NCBI GenBank assembly: GCA_964106645.2
Contig: OZ067038.1
Reading direction: 5' to 3' (one strand)
Source of the DNA: Podarcis pityusensis
Taxonomy: Eukaryota
DNA: 64,000 nt
Position 1 is the first letter of the stretch. The number at the start of each line of letters is the position of its first letter. The notes beneath the pieces are model-generated. The model saw nothing but the letters and a program-made list of their open reading frames with translations. It ran no database searches and was not told where the DNA came from. Below are positions 35,901 to 46,931 of the stretch, piece by piece. Position numbers and translations under genes: made by a program.

Positions 35901-38900
35901 ATTTTCTGTCCTCAGATGCTTCTCTGGGACATGGGGCAGCTCTCATCCCACACAGGCCTGGCTGGGAGAGGTGACAGGGAGGCAGCCTGCATACATACAT
36001 GATCACGTAATTCTGCCTTCCAACTTTGCCCTTTTGGAAGGGCCAAAACTCATAGACATGGTGATTACTGTGTGAGCAGTTTCTTTACATGCTGAAAGGA
36101 GGGGCGGGGGGGGGAGACTTAGGCACTCTTTCTCTCGGTTTTTTTGCCCCAACTCATCTCTTAACATTTTTGATGTTCACTGGAGCAATAAACCCTGGCC
36201 CGAAAGGAGTCTCCCATTTTCCACATTTGGGGGGGGGGGGGGGCATGGATGGTGTGAAAGCAAGGAAGGCCATTCCATGGCTCTCACTCGAACTTTGTGT
36301 ATCCTTCCAAGCCTCTCCCAGCCTAAAAGACTAGGAGATTGAAGGAAGGCAGTGGATGACACTGATGCCTTGCTAGTGATAGGCCGAAATAGGTTGAATT
36401 CAATGAGGTGGTACTTTGAGACATATTGCTGGACTAGGGTAAAAAATACGGTTCCAGCACATGAGAGTAGACACCGAGCAGTTCCTAGAGCAGGAGGAAT
36501 TGTGGGGCCACCTCCATAATTATTGCCCCAGAGCAGAGATTTCAACCCTGTGTATTGGCTCAGCCTGTGACCTCTATGTGTTCACATTTCCCAAACTCAT
36601 TGAACAGAAAACCCAACAGAAACTGCCCATAAATAGACAAGTTATTCAAATTGGCTTAAACTGCGTCCTTTACATTGGCTGAAAATGGAGGGGCAACTGC
36701 TTCTTAGTCATTCGTAGCTGGTGCCAGCTTTTCCCAACTCGTATTATCTCCCCAGTTCCTCTTCTAACTCTTCTTACTTTTTCTTTTTAGTGGAGTTGTC
36801 TCTTTTCCCCATTGGTTCTGCTCCTCGTTTTGTTTGATGTATGTTCCTCTCCTCCCCTTGCTTGCCTTTTCACCCATTAACCAGGCCTGCCATCTTCTGA
36901 CCCTGAAACTGCTTCTGTGTAGAATGGAAGGTTACACTGGAGTGGGGGGCTCTAAGAAGGTCTGGCAAGGGAGGGTCTGCTAAGTGCTTGGATGACAGGC
37001 CACCTGGCACCCCTATGTATCTCTACGATGAAAGAAAGGTGCAGTATAATAAATGGACTATATAAGCCAACAATTTCTGTGCAGCCCTCTCAGGATCTAG
37101 GACTAGCTGCCTTACAGATTTCAATATGAAGATAATAGATGCTCCTATAGAGCAAGCCCATGCACTTTAAAAAGAAGAACTGTGGTCAGGATTGCAGATT
37201 TGCCTTCAAAATATAGCAAAACAGTCGGGATGGCTCAAGTGTTAACTAAGGATTTGTGGATTTTCTCCCAGGCACACCAATTTATGTGCAAATTATGTGT
37301 AAACCATACACAAATGCCTGCAGTTTTATGGTCTGGGTAGCATTTAAAGCAAAACTTGACAGGGTGGTTGTGCCAAATGTTCCTTGTGGCACCCATCATA
37401 ATGTTTTGTCTCTCCTGACGGGGCAAGTGAATTTAACCTTCCGCGAGTCCTGTTCACGAGGCTGTCCCTTCCGCACCTCCCCCCACTCATTGGGAGAAAG
37501 CTTTATTTATTTTTTTGGTCTGTGTCCTAGCAGGGCAGCTCTGGCCAAGGATCAGAGTCCCTCCTGCTGATTTGTTTCCATGGCTAGAAAACAGCAAGTT
37601 CCAATCAAAAGAGGCTAGAAGAAGCTTAGCTGACCTCCTTAGCAAGGGACCTCGAAGGGGGGTGGTCTGCTTTTGGGCTCCCAACGAAAGAAGGCGCTCG
37701 AGATGTTTTGTTTTTGCAAGACCAAATATTTGTAATTAGGCGACTGTGATCAGCAGGTGCCTTTCCAGAAATTGAGGGCCCCCCAGGACATTTTGCACAG
37801 TTTAGCAGATTTGAGTGTCACCAGCACCTCGCCTTCCTTGAACCAGCACACAGTGCTGTACTTGTATTAGTATGCTTGCCTGCTCTGTGCCCTGTGTAAA
37901 GTGTTCTCAGTGCATTGCAAAATGATACCGGAAAACAGGTGATCAAAATAGTGCAGGGTTATGACTCCCAAAGTTAGTTGCAGTGAGAGCCTCTCCTAAT
38001 TTAAAAGCGGTCATGGTTAAGGAAAGCCAGTTAATCCAAAAGGAGGTTAGCAACACATTCTGGCTGAGGTTGAACTCCCTCTAAAGAACCAAGTTTGCAG
38101 GCTGCGGGGCCTGTCCAGACACTATACAAATCAATCTGTGGAAGGACAGCCAGCAGTGGCTAGGAGTGCCCTTACCAGCTTTGGCTGTTACAGCAGCCGA
38201 AGACCCTCTCTTAGTGTGACAAATCTTGCCTCAGTTACCCATGCACTGGTTACCTCCAAACTAGACTACTGCAATGGGTTTTAGGTAGGGCTTCCTTTGA
38301 AGATTGTTTGGGAACTTCAAGTAGTGCTAAATGCCAGCTGCCCAGATGTTAGTTGGGATAAAGCAATCAGAACATTTTGCTTCAGTATTATATCAGCTGC
38401 ACTGGCTGCCAGTTTGTTTCCAGGCCCAATTCAAAGAGCTAGTTAAAATTAAGTTTCTTGAAGGACCATCTGTGCCCATATGTACCTGCCTTGGACCTTC
38501 CTATTGACCTCAGTTCATAGATCTATCAGTGGGTAAATTAGATTGGCAGCACATGTGATAGGGATTTCTTTTTTGTGGTGTGCTCCTGTTTAAGAAACTC
38601 CCTTCCCCAAGGCTTTTATTCTACTCCCTGCTTTTTTAAAATTGTATTTATTTTATTTTAAGCCCAAATGTCTAAGACAAGCTGGAGTGACTGGCATCTT
38701 GTGCCAGTAATGAGGGGCTTAGCTGTAGTGCATCTGTGCTATTTGTCGCTCTTGTTTTGTATTTATGAGTTAAATATTTATTGATTTTAATTGCATGGTT
38801 AATAAAGTTTTTTTGTACTGCTTTGACTTATTATTCTAAGCTGTTTTGGGCAACACAGAAATAGCTTACATATATCAGTAAAAATGGCTGAGCCAACAGT

Positions 38901-41900
38901 AACAAGTCACCTAGGACAATTCACCCTTGCCTGCCTTCAGCAAGCAAGTAAAGGAAGCTTCACTGTGAACCATGGACTACTTAGTAATGCCTAGGTGGCT
39001 TGGTAAACTGACCCGGTCATAAAGTTATTATTACAGTAAAATGTCAGGTCATGTATTTTGGAAGATGGAATATAGGTCAGAGCGATTACAGCTTGATGAA
39101 CCATAGAATTCCATGTGGGTTTGCTGACTAAGGTTAGTAGTGAGAGCATACAAAGTACTGAGTGTGCTTTTCCAGACAGAGTTTGGATGTATTAACTTGG
39201 AGTTTAAAAAATTTAACATTGTGTCTGACGGCAGAACGCTGTGCATGCAGATTAAAGCCACCATTTCTTCAGCTGTTCCAGGCTCTCACTTAAAGAGTGA
39301 CTTGGAAGATCTACAACATGGGATTTAGAGCATAGTCCTAATAATCATGCCAATCTCATTTCGTAGATATGCAAGCACCGGGGTCAAGGGCCATAGCTCA
39401 GTGGTAGAGCATGGTCCCAGTTTCAATCCCTGGCATCTCTTGATAGGACTGGGAAAACCTGTGGCTCTCTAGGTTTTGTTGGACTAGAACGCCCATAATC
39501 CCAGACCGTTGGTCATTAGCTGCCCTTCTCTGGTGCAGACAACTACTGAACTAGATGGGCTCGATATAAGGAAGTTTCCTATGTGGGGTTGCTTTTGGAG
39601 TTCCCATCAGTGCAATCACTTTGGGTGGCGTTGGGGGCTTAGCTTGTGGAGATTGGGCCATATTGCACTTGTGGACCCTTGGATTATGGCAGAACACACA
39701 CAACACAAAATCTAGACTGCTGTCTCTTGTATTAGCCTCTTGCATACACACTGGGGTGGTTGTGTTGAAGCCTCATTGATTTACCATGTGCTGTTGCTTT
39801 AAGAGGTGGCATATAAGGCCTCTGCACATCTTGCTCAGCAAAAGAAATGTAGGAAGAGAGCTCCAAATCAGTGGTTGAGGGAGAAGAGGGATTAGGTTGT
39901 TTGACTACAAGTATAATGAGAATCTTTGTTCCTAACATCTGGGATTCTCAAACCCATCTTTGGGTTGGCATCACTTGGGGCTTTGAGGGGCAGCGTGTAC
40001 ATAGTTTTGTTGTTTGCTGTTGGAAGGCGTTGGAATTGCTTTGGTTTCTCTCTCGCAGGTAACCAATGAAATCACACCTGTGCTGTCCTACTCATACATG
40101 GCTGTCTTGGTGCCCATCTTCCTGTTGACCGACTACCTGCGGTACAAGCCGGTGCTGGTGCTGCAGAGTCTGAGCCACATTGCCATCTGGCTGCTGCTGA
40201 TCTTCGGGACCAGCATCCTTGCCATGCAGTTCATGGAATTCTTCTACGGCATCACCATGGCGGCGCGGGTGGCCTACTCCTCGTACATCTTCTCCCTGGT
40301 CACCCCTTCGCGCTACCAGCGCATGGCTAGCTATTCCCGCACCTCGGTCCTCATGGGAGTCTTCGCCAGCTCCGTGCTGGGGCAGCTCTGTGTCACAGTG
40401 GGGGGCACCACCTTCACGACCCTGAATTACATATCCCTGGGCTTCATGTCCTTTGGGCTGCTGCTGACGCTCTTCCTGGAACGCCCCAAGCGCAGCCTCT
40501 TCTTCAACAGGAGTGAGCCTGTGTGCAATGGCACCTCGCCCTCTGAGCTGGACAAAATGAACGCTGGGGCCGGGGATCCAGCGTGGCACAAGGCCCCCAC
40601 CTGGAAGAACATGGTCTTTTTCCGGATGTTAAAGGAGCTGGCGGCATTTATACGGCTGCCGCAGTTAAGACTTTGGTCCCTTTGGTGGATATTCAATTCT
40701 GCTGGCTACTACCTAATACTCTATTATGTGCAGATTTTGTGGAATGAGATATATCCCACAAGAGACAACAGGAAAATCTACAACGGAGCTGTGGAAGCTG
40801 CTTCAACGCTCCTCGGTATATAGATCCTCCCCCACTTCCCGTTTGAGCTTGATTATAACCCCACCCCACCCCTTTCTCTCTCTGCTTTATGCCCCAAATA
40901 TGAATTCAGAGCACCTAGCAGAGTCTCCTAGACCATGGTCCTAAAGTACCATATTTTTCCATCTATAAGACGCCCCCATGTATAAGATGTCCCGTATTTT
41001 TGGGGACTCAGATTTAAGAAAATGGGGGGAGATGGCTCAGATTATAAGATGCCCCCTAATTTTTGACATTCTTCTTTAGGAAAAAACCTAGTCTTATACA
41101 CAGAAAATACGGTACATTCATGCAGAGGCAATTTCTGCTAAAATGACTTGGGTTTAAAGCAACTTCAGGTGATGCACCTCAGGGATCTCCCTGCATGGAG
41201 AATCTAGGCCAACCATTCCACTAACCTTCCCCAACCGGGTGCTTGCAAGGTTGGTCTACAAGCATGCATTATTGTGTGCTAAAGCTCAGGAATAATGTGC
41301 ATGCTCTGCATGCAGGTGGGTATAAGCTCAGTATTTGCCATCTCCAGCCAAAAGGGATCGTAGGGTCACTGTCAACCAGAACAGGGAGCAGATGCAGTAG
41401 TGGCTACACCTAAGAACTTGATCAGTCTGGTGCCAGCAAGGAAGCTGTGCTTGGAAAGAGCACTGGCTTTCCCGAGTTGCCTCTCATCTCTCTGGGTTTT
41501 ACACTGCAGTTTCCCAGCTGGCAGCATGTTTTGAAACATCCTGTTAAGAGTTTTACTCTTTTCTCACACCCAGAATGGTGGTTTCATTTGCATCATCCTA
41601 AAAACCATGCTAGAACTGTGGTGTATACTTGGATGCATTGCATCTCTGGTGCAAAAAGGCTGATGCCCATTATAGGAAATCTATAAATTATGTTGAAAGT
41701 GACCCACCCCTTACCTTTACAGCTGGATCCAGAGCAACTTGGTTACTAAACATTTTTAAGGGCTTGTCTCAGGACAAGTTTCCCCCCTACTTCTGTGAGA
41801 GTTGCACTTTATGAATCTGAATCCCAGTCAGTATTGTCCAAAAAACAAAACCTTGCTTGCTAAATCCAACTAGGAAGGGCAAAAATTCCTCTCCCCATGT

Positions 41901-44900
41901 ACTTTTCATTGCAGAACTGACCTAGAAATAACTTGCTGCATAGTCCTTCTAGGGCAGGGCAGGGGAACCTGTAGCCCTCCAGATGTTTGAACTTCTGGCT
42001 GGGGCAAATTCCAGCAACATCTGGAGTGCCATCATCTCCCCCCCTTCCCGCCGTTCTAGGACATATTTTTTTTGTCGTTTGTATGGTATGTCCCCATTTT
42101 TCAGCTGCTCAGCTGTATACAGTTTTATTCCTGCAAACAAACAAAAAACTGTCCAGAACATAAAATATTCCAAGAAATTATTGGGGATGCTTTGGGTTTT
42201 TTTAGTCATTGTGTGCATGTTTGTATCCTAGTGTAAAGTGTTGGGTTAAAAATGTCTGAAACAAAAGGTGTTCAGGGAAGCAAAGGCAAGTGCCCAAAGA
42301 GAAATTTCTTCCTCAATTACCTTGGGCTTAAAATAATCTCCTTGGATATTTGGGGTAGAAATTGTCCCTTGGGTTTTTCCAAACAATGACTGTTCTGCTG
42401 TGCCCCTTGTTGCAAGTGCCGCTTTGGAGAGTGGAGGCCTTGCTGTCCATACCTGGTCCTCTCATCCATATCTTGACAACATGTATGTTTCTTTGCAGGT
42501 GCCATCACCTCCTTTGCTGCAGGCTACGTGAAGATCCGTTGGACGCTGTGGTCAGAGCTTGTGATTGGTTTAGTGACAGCATTCCAGGCAGGCCTCCTTT
42601 TGCTGATGAACACTACTGCCAACATCTGGCTCTGCTACGTGGCTTACATCCTCTTCAGGGGCTCCTACCAGTTCCTTGTGCCTATAGCCATGTGAGTGGT
42701 GAGAACAACTTGATGACTAGGCCTCCATTAGTCACGCTGGTGGTGAGGAACATAAAGATTATTATATCCATCATTACCTGGATATATATCGTCATTCTCA
42801 CTCTTTTCAACATGCAAAAAGATGTGGGGGGTTTTTTGCATGCATACCCCAATATATAGTAGACCAAATTAGCTTTCTAGTATCTGCTTTGCTAAAGGAG
42901 GGATTGTAATGCCAATAAATATCCCCCCACCCTTGTAAGGATGCCAAGAATAACCTTTTGGTCCCAGGGTAGATATGTTGTTGAAGGCTTTTAGTATTCA
43001 GCCTAGGTTAACAAGCTACGGTGATTGCTGCTGATGTTCTGAATGATATTAGCTAATTTGTTGGAAGTGCTAAGGCGGGGATGGTAAACTAAATACAAAG
43101 AACTGGATTAGGCAGTCTTTAGCACTCTTCCAGGCCAGCAACTGTATGCCTTTAACCATTGGATATTTCACTAACATCAGTGATAAAAGTATTACAGCTT
43201 CCCAAACTCTCCTCTTGGTGTAAACACTCCCAAGCTGCCTTCTAAGGCCAACACAAAATAACCAGCATTAGCCCTATCTCTGTGCCATCTTTGGCTTGTA
43301 AGTAAAAATGCATTGATCTTTGGGAGTGCCTTGTTTGTCGGTGATGCTGCAGCACACCATCTGTGGCTGTGGTCCTGGGATGGAGAACCTGTGGCCCTCC
43401 CTGTGGGACTCCCAAAGTTATCACAGGGATAACTGGCTTGGCCAAGAATTCATAGCAATGTCACCTTTTGTCAGTATTGGGACTGTGAACTATCATCAGC
43501 CCCAGGGAGCATAGCCAGTGGTCTGGGATCATAGGAGCTGTAGTCCTTCATTGTCTGGAGGGCCACAGGCTGGCCACCCTTGCCCTGAGCCATAAAGCGA
43601 CCCTCCCTTTTGTCCTTGGTGCCTTTTCAGTGCTTGCCAGCAGAACTGACCTGCCTTCCTCTCTTTCTCTCGCTTTGACTGAAGTTTCCAGATTGCAGCT
43701 TCCCTGTCCAAAGAGCTCTGTGCCCTGGTGTTTGGAATCAACACTTTTCTCGCCACAGTTCTCAAGACTGTCATCACCATCATCATAACAGATAAGAGAG
43801 GTCTGGGTCTCTCAATCCACCCTCAGGTAAGAAGCACAAGTTACACTGAGGCTTGCAGTAGTGGGCTTTTGACCAGTCCTAGCTGCCTTTGGGGCTTACT
43901 TTGTAGGTTCCTCCTATAGAAGGAGGTCCTTTGAATAATCTGGTGAACCACATAGTGGGAACTCAAAGAGACTTATTTGTGGTGGATCCTCTTGCCTTGC
44001 TTGGACCACTTTTGGCTGTTGACCCCATTCTATGTATTGCCCATCATGTTCTGGAGTGGAAGCAGGGCTGGCAAAAACCAAAAGGCATGTAAGCCAAGAA
44101 AAATAGAACTTCTGTTCTTTATCTTGCTTATTTATTTATGTTAAGAGACGTATGCCCTTGCTTTGGGTAAGTTTCTAGGGTGGCTAGGAGTCACTCAGTT
44201 CTGTCCTTTCCAAAAAATGTAAGGTTTGTGTGAGAGCCTTAACACAGTGATCCTGAGCACATGCCAAATCACATGATTTCAGTGGAACTTGTTGCCAAGC
44301 AAAGTTCTGCTGAGTTTACAGAACTACCCCCTAAGAAGAAGAAGAAGAGTTTGGATTTGATATCCCGCCTTTCACTCCCTTTAAGGAGTCTTAAAGCGGC
44401 TAACATTCTCCTTTCCCTTCCTCCCCCACAACAAACACTCTGTGAGGTGAGTGGGGCTGAGAGACTTCAAGGAAGTGTGACTGGCCCAAGGTCACCCAGC
44501 AGCTGCATGTGGAGGAGCGGAGACGCAAACCCGGTTCCCCAGATTACAAGACTACCGCTCTTAACCACTACACCACACTGGCTGTAACATGTAAATTGCT
44601 ACTAATCCTTGCCATTTGCAGATTTCTCTTACATTGTCCTCAACAAAAGCTTCATCCATCCTGCAAGAACCGAGCTTATATTATTATTTTTAAAAAGATG
44701 CTGATCTGGAAGCTGCAAATGTAATCTGTTCCCATAAGGGCTGTCATTGCTGGCTCATGGCTGTGGTGGGCTTAATAAAGCCTTGTAATTACCCGCTGCT
44801 CATGTGACAAGATAAAAAATGGTGGCAGTGCATTGGAATAGCATGGCAGCAGGATATGCATGTGTATTTAAATCTTCCTTATTGGAAGTAGCGGGCACAG

Positions 44901-45546
44901 GTTGGAGAAATATTTGGTTGGGTTAGTTCAGGTAGACTTTATCGATGAGGCTGGAGGAAAAGCAGGGTGCCTTTTTTAGCTACAGTTCCAGCTTTATGTA
45001 TGTCACTGCAAATGAGGTTGGCAGATGCACATCATGTGGAGTTCCTGCTGTCAGAGATGGGATATCATTTTGACTTACGGTAGCTACATAGAACATTCCA
45101 GCTCAGATGCTGTGTTCTGGCAAACAGAAAGCAGTGGGGGACAATTGCTGTTATGCCTGTATGTGGGAGCTTGAGGGGAATTTTCACCTGGCTGGCCGCT
45201 AGAGTAGATGGACCCCTGATCCAGTGGTGCTCTTCCTGTTCTTTAAGAGTTTCCCTCCTAGCTCTGTTCTGTGCTTCTGTGGGCTGCTGATCATTTCTGA
45301 TTTTTGAGTGCTTTGGAGGAAAATAAGGCACAGGGCCTCAACACATCATATCTCCCCCTCTCTCTTTTCCAGTTCTACATTTACTTCGGCTATTTCACGC
45401 TCCTGACAGTGGTGTATCTTTCTGCATCTGTGTATGTGGCTGTGAAGCATAATGGATGCAGGAAACCTCCAGAGGAAGCACCACCCAAGGAACTCAGCAT
45501 GCCAGTTGAGGACAGAGGCACAGAGCTGGCTAACTTGGAAGTCTGA
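31660..45546 (+). CDS. SLC19A1: Reduced folate carrier / folate transporter 1, 480 aa; join(31660-31836,40059-40815,42499-42691,43685-43826,45373-45546)
   Basis: Spliced ORF of 1443 nt with consistent phases (0,1,2,0) and GT-AG introns. SLC19 motifs YLCFYGFMNQIRPGESFITPYLLG, LTDYLRYKPVL, LRLWSLWW, YNGAVEAASTLLG and ALVFGINTF. Tail-to-tail synteny with COL18A1 identifies it as SLC19A1 rather than A2 or A3. Confidence 0.97.
32115..32362. mobile_element. PIF/Harbinger-like MITE
   Basis: TGA|GGGCTTATCCACACTTACCTTT ... AAAGGTCAGTGTGGATAAGCCC|TGA (3-bp TSD), plus an internal inverted repeat AAACCTGCTCTTTAAAGCT / AGCTTTAAAGAGCAGGTTT. Confidence 0.75.
32390..32551 (+). mobile_element. CR1 LINE 3' fragment (decayed)
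   Basis: ...tttaagcagaggctggatgacca...cctttccagtaccgtaATTCTGTGattct. Confidence 0.7.
32939..32982 (+). repeat. (CT)n microsatellite
   Basis: Read directly. Confidence 0.95.
33908..34117. mobile_element. Penelope-like element remnant (inverted pseudo-LTR fragments) with 14-bp target-site duplication
   Basis: Perfect 82-bp inverted arms 33906-33987 and 34002-34083 with a 14-nt spacer, a unique tail ...GGCAGACCAACACGGCTACC, and TCTGAGATAGTGAA at both 33894-33907 and 34118-34131. Confidence 0.8.
33960..33997 (-). ncRNA. minimal type I hammerhead ribozyme (Penelope-type)
   Basis: Minus strand reads GUAU-CUGAAGA-A-GUGUGC UU GCACAC-GAAA-GCUC-AUAC: CUGANGA and GAAA core boxes, stem II hairpin, stem I GUAU/AUAC, and a vestigial palindromic stem III (AGCU). 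Confidence 0.75.
38220..38620 (+). mobile_element. L2 LINE ORF2 3' fragment (decayed)
   Basis: Translates with frameshifts to THALVTSKLDYCN...GLPL...LQ...LHWLPVCFQAQFK, the L2 post-RT signature. Confidence 0.85.
39388..39450 (+). mobile_element. decayed tRNA-derived SINE head
   Basis: Box A TAGCTCAGTGG and box B-like GTTTCAATCC, but the anticodon arm is deleted. Related pieces at about 41270-41350, 47775-47836 (minus) and 50140-50250. Confidence 0.6.
40059..40815 (+). CDS. SLC19A1: SLC19A1 coding exon 2 (757 nt)
   Basis: ctctcgcag|VTNEITPVLSYSY...AASTLL-G|gtatat; corresponds to ORF 40014..40823. Confidence 0.97.
40949..41112. mobile_element. Tc1/mariner-superfamily MITE (second family)
   Basis: TA|CCATATTTTTCC..TATAAGAC ... 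GTCTTATAC..AGAAAATACGG|TA, imperfect TIRs with internal TATAAGAY repeats. Confidence 0.8.
42499..42691 (+). CDS. SLC19A1: SLC19A1 coding exon 3 (193 nt)
   Basis: ctttgcag|(G)AITSFAAGYVKIRW...YQFLVPIA|gtgagt. Confidence 0.96.
43685..43826 (+). CDS. SLC19A1: SLC19A1 coding exon 4 (142 nt)
   Basis: gactgaag|(I)FQIAASLSKELCALVFGINTFLATVLKT...IHPQ|gtaaga. Confidence 0.95.
44333..44583 (-). mobile_element. tRNA-derived CORE SINE (Squam3/MIR-like) with (CTT)n tail
   Basis: Minus-strand head AGCCAGTGTGGTGTAGTGGTTAAGAGCGG...CCGGGTTTGCGTCTCC, CORE-like GCTGGGTGACCTTGGGCCAGTCAC, tail (AAG)n on the plus strand. Confidence 0.85.
45373..45546 (+). CDS. SLC19A1: SLC19A1 last coding exon
   Basis: ctcttttccag|FYIYFGYFTLLTVVYL...LANLEV*. 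Confidence 0.95.
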   Translation, partial: FYIYFGYFTLLTVVYLSASVYVAVKHNGCRKPPEEAPPKELSMPVEDRGTELANLEV

Positions 45547-46890
45547 GAAAACGGTGGACGGGGAAGAAAAGAGGAGCTGGCCTACCTGCATACTCCCAGC
45601 TGGGATGTAACACAGAGAACTCCCATGTTAATCAGCACTTAGAAGCATCTCAGCTTTCCAGAGTATCAGATCACTGCAGAAGGAAAAGGCCTTCCTTAAC
45701 TTTAGGGCTTGTGCATCAGCAGCATGCAACCAGACGACTGGATTTCCCCCCAGTCTTGGTCATGTGTGTGGCATAGGCTCCTGAGCTCAGGTGAGATTAT
45801 GGAGACATTTGCCAGTGTTATGGTTGGCACTTGGTAATTTTATGAATGTAGTTTTAAACACTGATAATACTCTGCACACTTTCCCCTCAGCCTTTAAAAG
45901 AAGTCAACAGCAAGCAAGATGGATGCAGGTACTTAAAAAAAAAAAAATACAATAGTTTTACTTTTTATAAAACAATCAATTTGTTACCAGTAAATATACT
46001 CTGCTGGGAGTTATGGATTGTAAGATTTGTTGAAACTTTCCTCCTAAGAAAATTGAGCTCCTTCTCATATTTGTCTTCAGCGTTATGCTTAAGAAAACAG
46101 GACTGAGAGTAAGGCTGCCAACCTAACTCACGTCCTCTCATCCATTTGGGACAGTGAGTGGGAAACACAATGCGCTTTTAACAATCACTTTAGATCCTCT
46201 GGAGGAACATAATCCTTGGAAAGTATACACTTGCATTTTGTTCTGACTTGTAAATTCTTGTTCTCTTCCACTTTCCCCACCAAAGACGGCTGATTTTCAA
46301 ATACCTTCATTGTCGCATACTAATTTATACTGGCCGCAGTAGTATGCTCAGTGGGCATTTGAGAGGTAGGTGGGAGTGATCAGGTCTTTAGCAGAGTCCT
46401 GATGACTTTCCAACTAGCTTGGACTTTTCATCTGGTTTTGCCTCCAGGGGCCAGTTCCACGAATCCTGCTAGACCTGTAGGCCATGGGTGGTAAGTCACA
46501 CAGTGGCTGCTTAACATAAAATGGCGGCCATATGAAAAGGAGCATGGCCACAAAAAGGTGTAGCCGTGCCCCCCCCCATCAGCCCATAGGCACTCGCTTG
46601 CTCATGGAAAGCTCTTTGTGATGCTGTTCTGTTCAGAAGGGAAGGTGAAATGTGTGCTGGGAGTACATTCAGTGTAGGAAGACCAAGTCAGTGCAAACAG
46701 ATATTGAACAGGAAGAGCAAACAGTCTGTTATTGTGTATCGTGGATTTTTCCCCCAGATACCACGCTGGTGGGCCTGTGAGTGCCACACTGGCACTTCCA
46801 GCCTAAAAGGCGGTTTTCCCATTCTCCTGGAGCAAATGGAGTCAGGGTTCAGTTCAGGGACGTAGACAGAGCCCTCTGAAATTCCATGCA

Positions 46891-46896
46891 AATAAA
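46891..46896 (+). terminator. SLC19A1: candidate poly(A) signal AATAAA of SLC19A1
   Basis: First canonical AATAAA seen downstream of the stop codon, with a U-rich tract about 25 nt downstream. Further AATAAA at 47042 and 47097. Confidence 0.55.
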
Positions 46897-46925
46897 CAAC
46901 AACAAATAACAAGAGGATACTTTCC

Positions 46926-46931
46926 TTTATT
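46926..46931 (-). terminator. COL18A1: candidate poly(A) signal AATAAA of COL18A1
   Basis: First canonical minus-strand AATAAA seen after the COL18A1 stop (3' UTR about 2.2 kb), followed by GU/U-rich TTGTTATTTGTTGTTGTTTATTT. Confidence 0.7.

Noticed and set aside
39388-39440. tRNA gene candidate
   Set aside because: Box A/B are present but the anticodon arm and acceptor stem are missing; it is a SINE head.
40092-40589. 165-aa minus-strand ORF
   Set aside because: Antisense shadow of the GC3-rich SLC19A1 exon. The same applies to plus-strand ORFs over COL18A1 exons such as 51840-52319.
45935-45947. A13 run as the SLC19A1 mRNA end or a retrocopy tail
   Set aside because: Genomic homopolymer with no upstream canonical hexamer or TSD; it would only cause internal oligo-dT priming.
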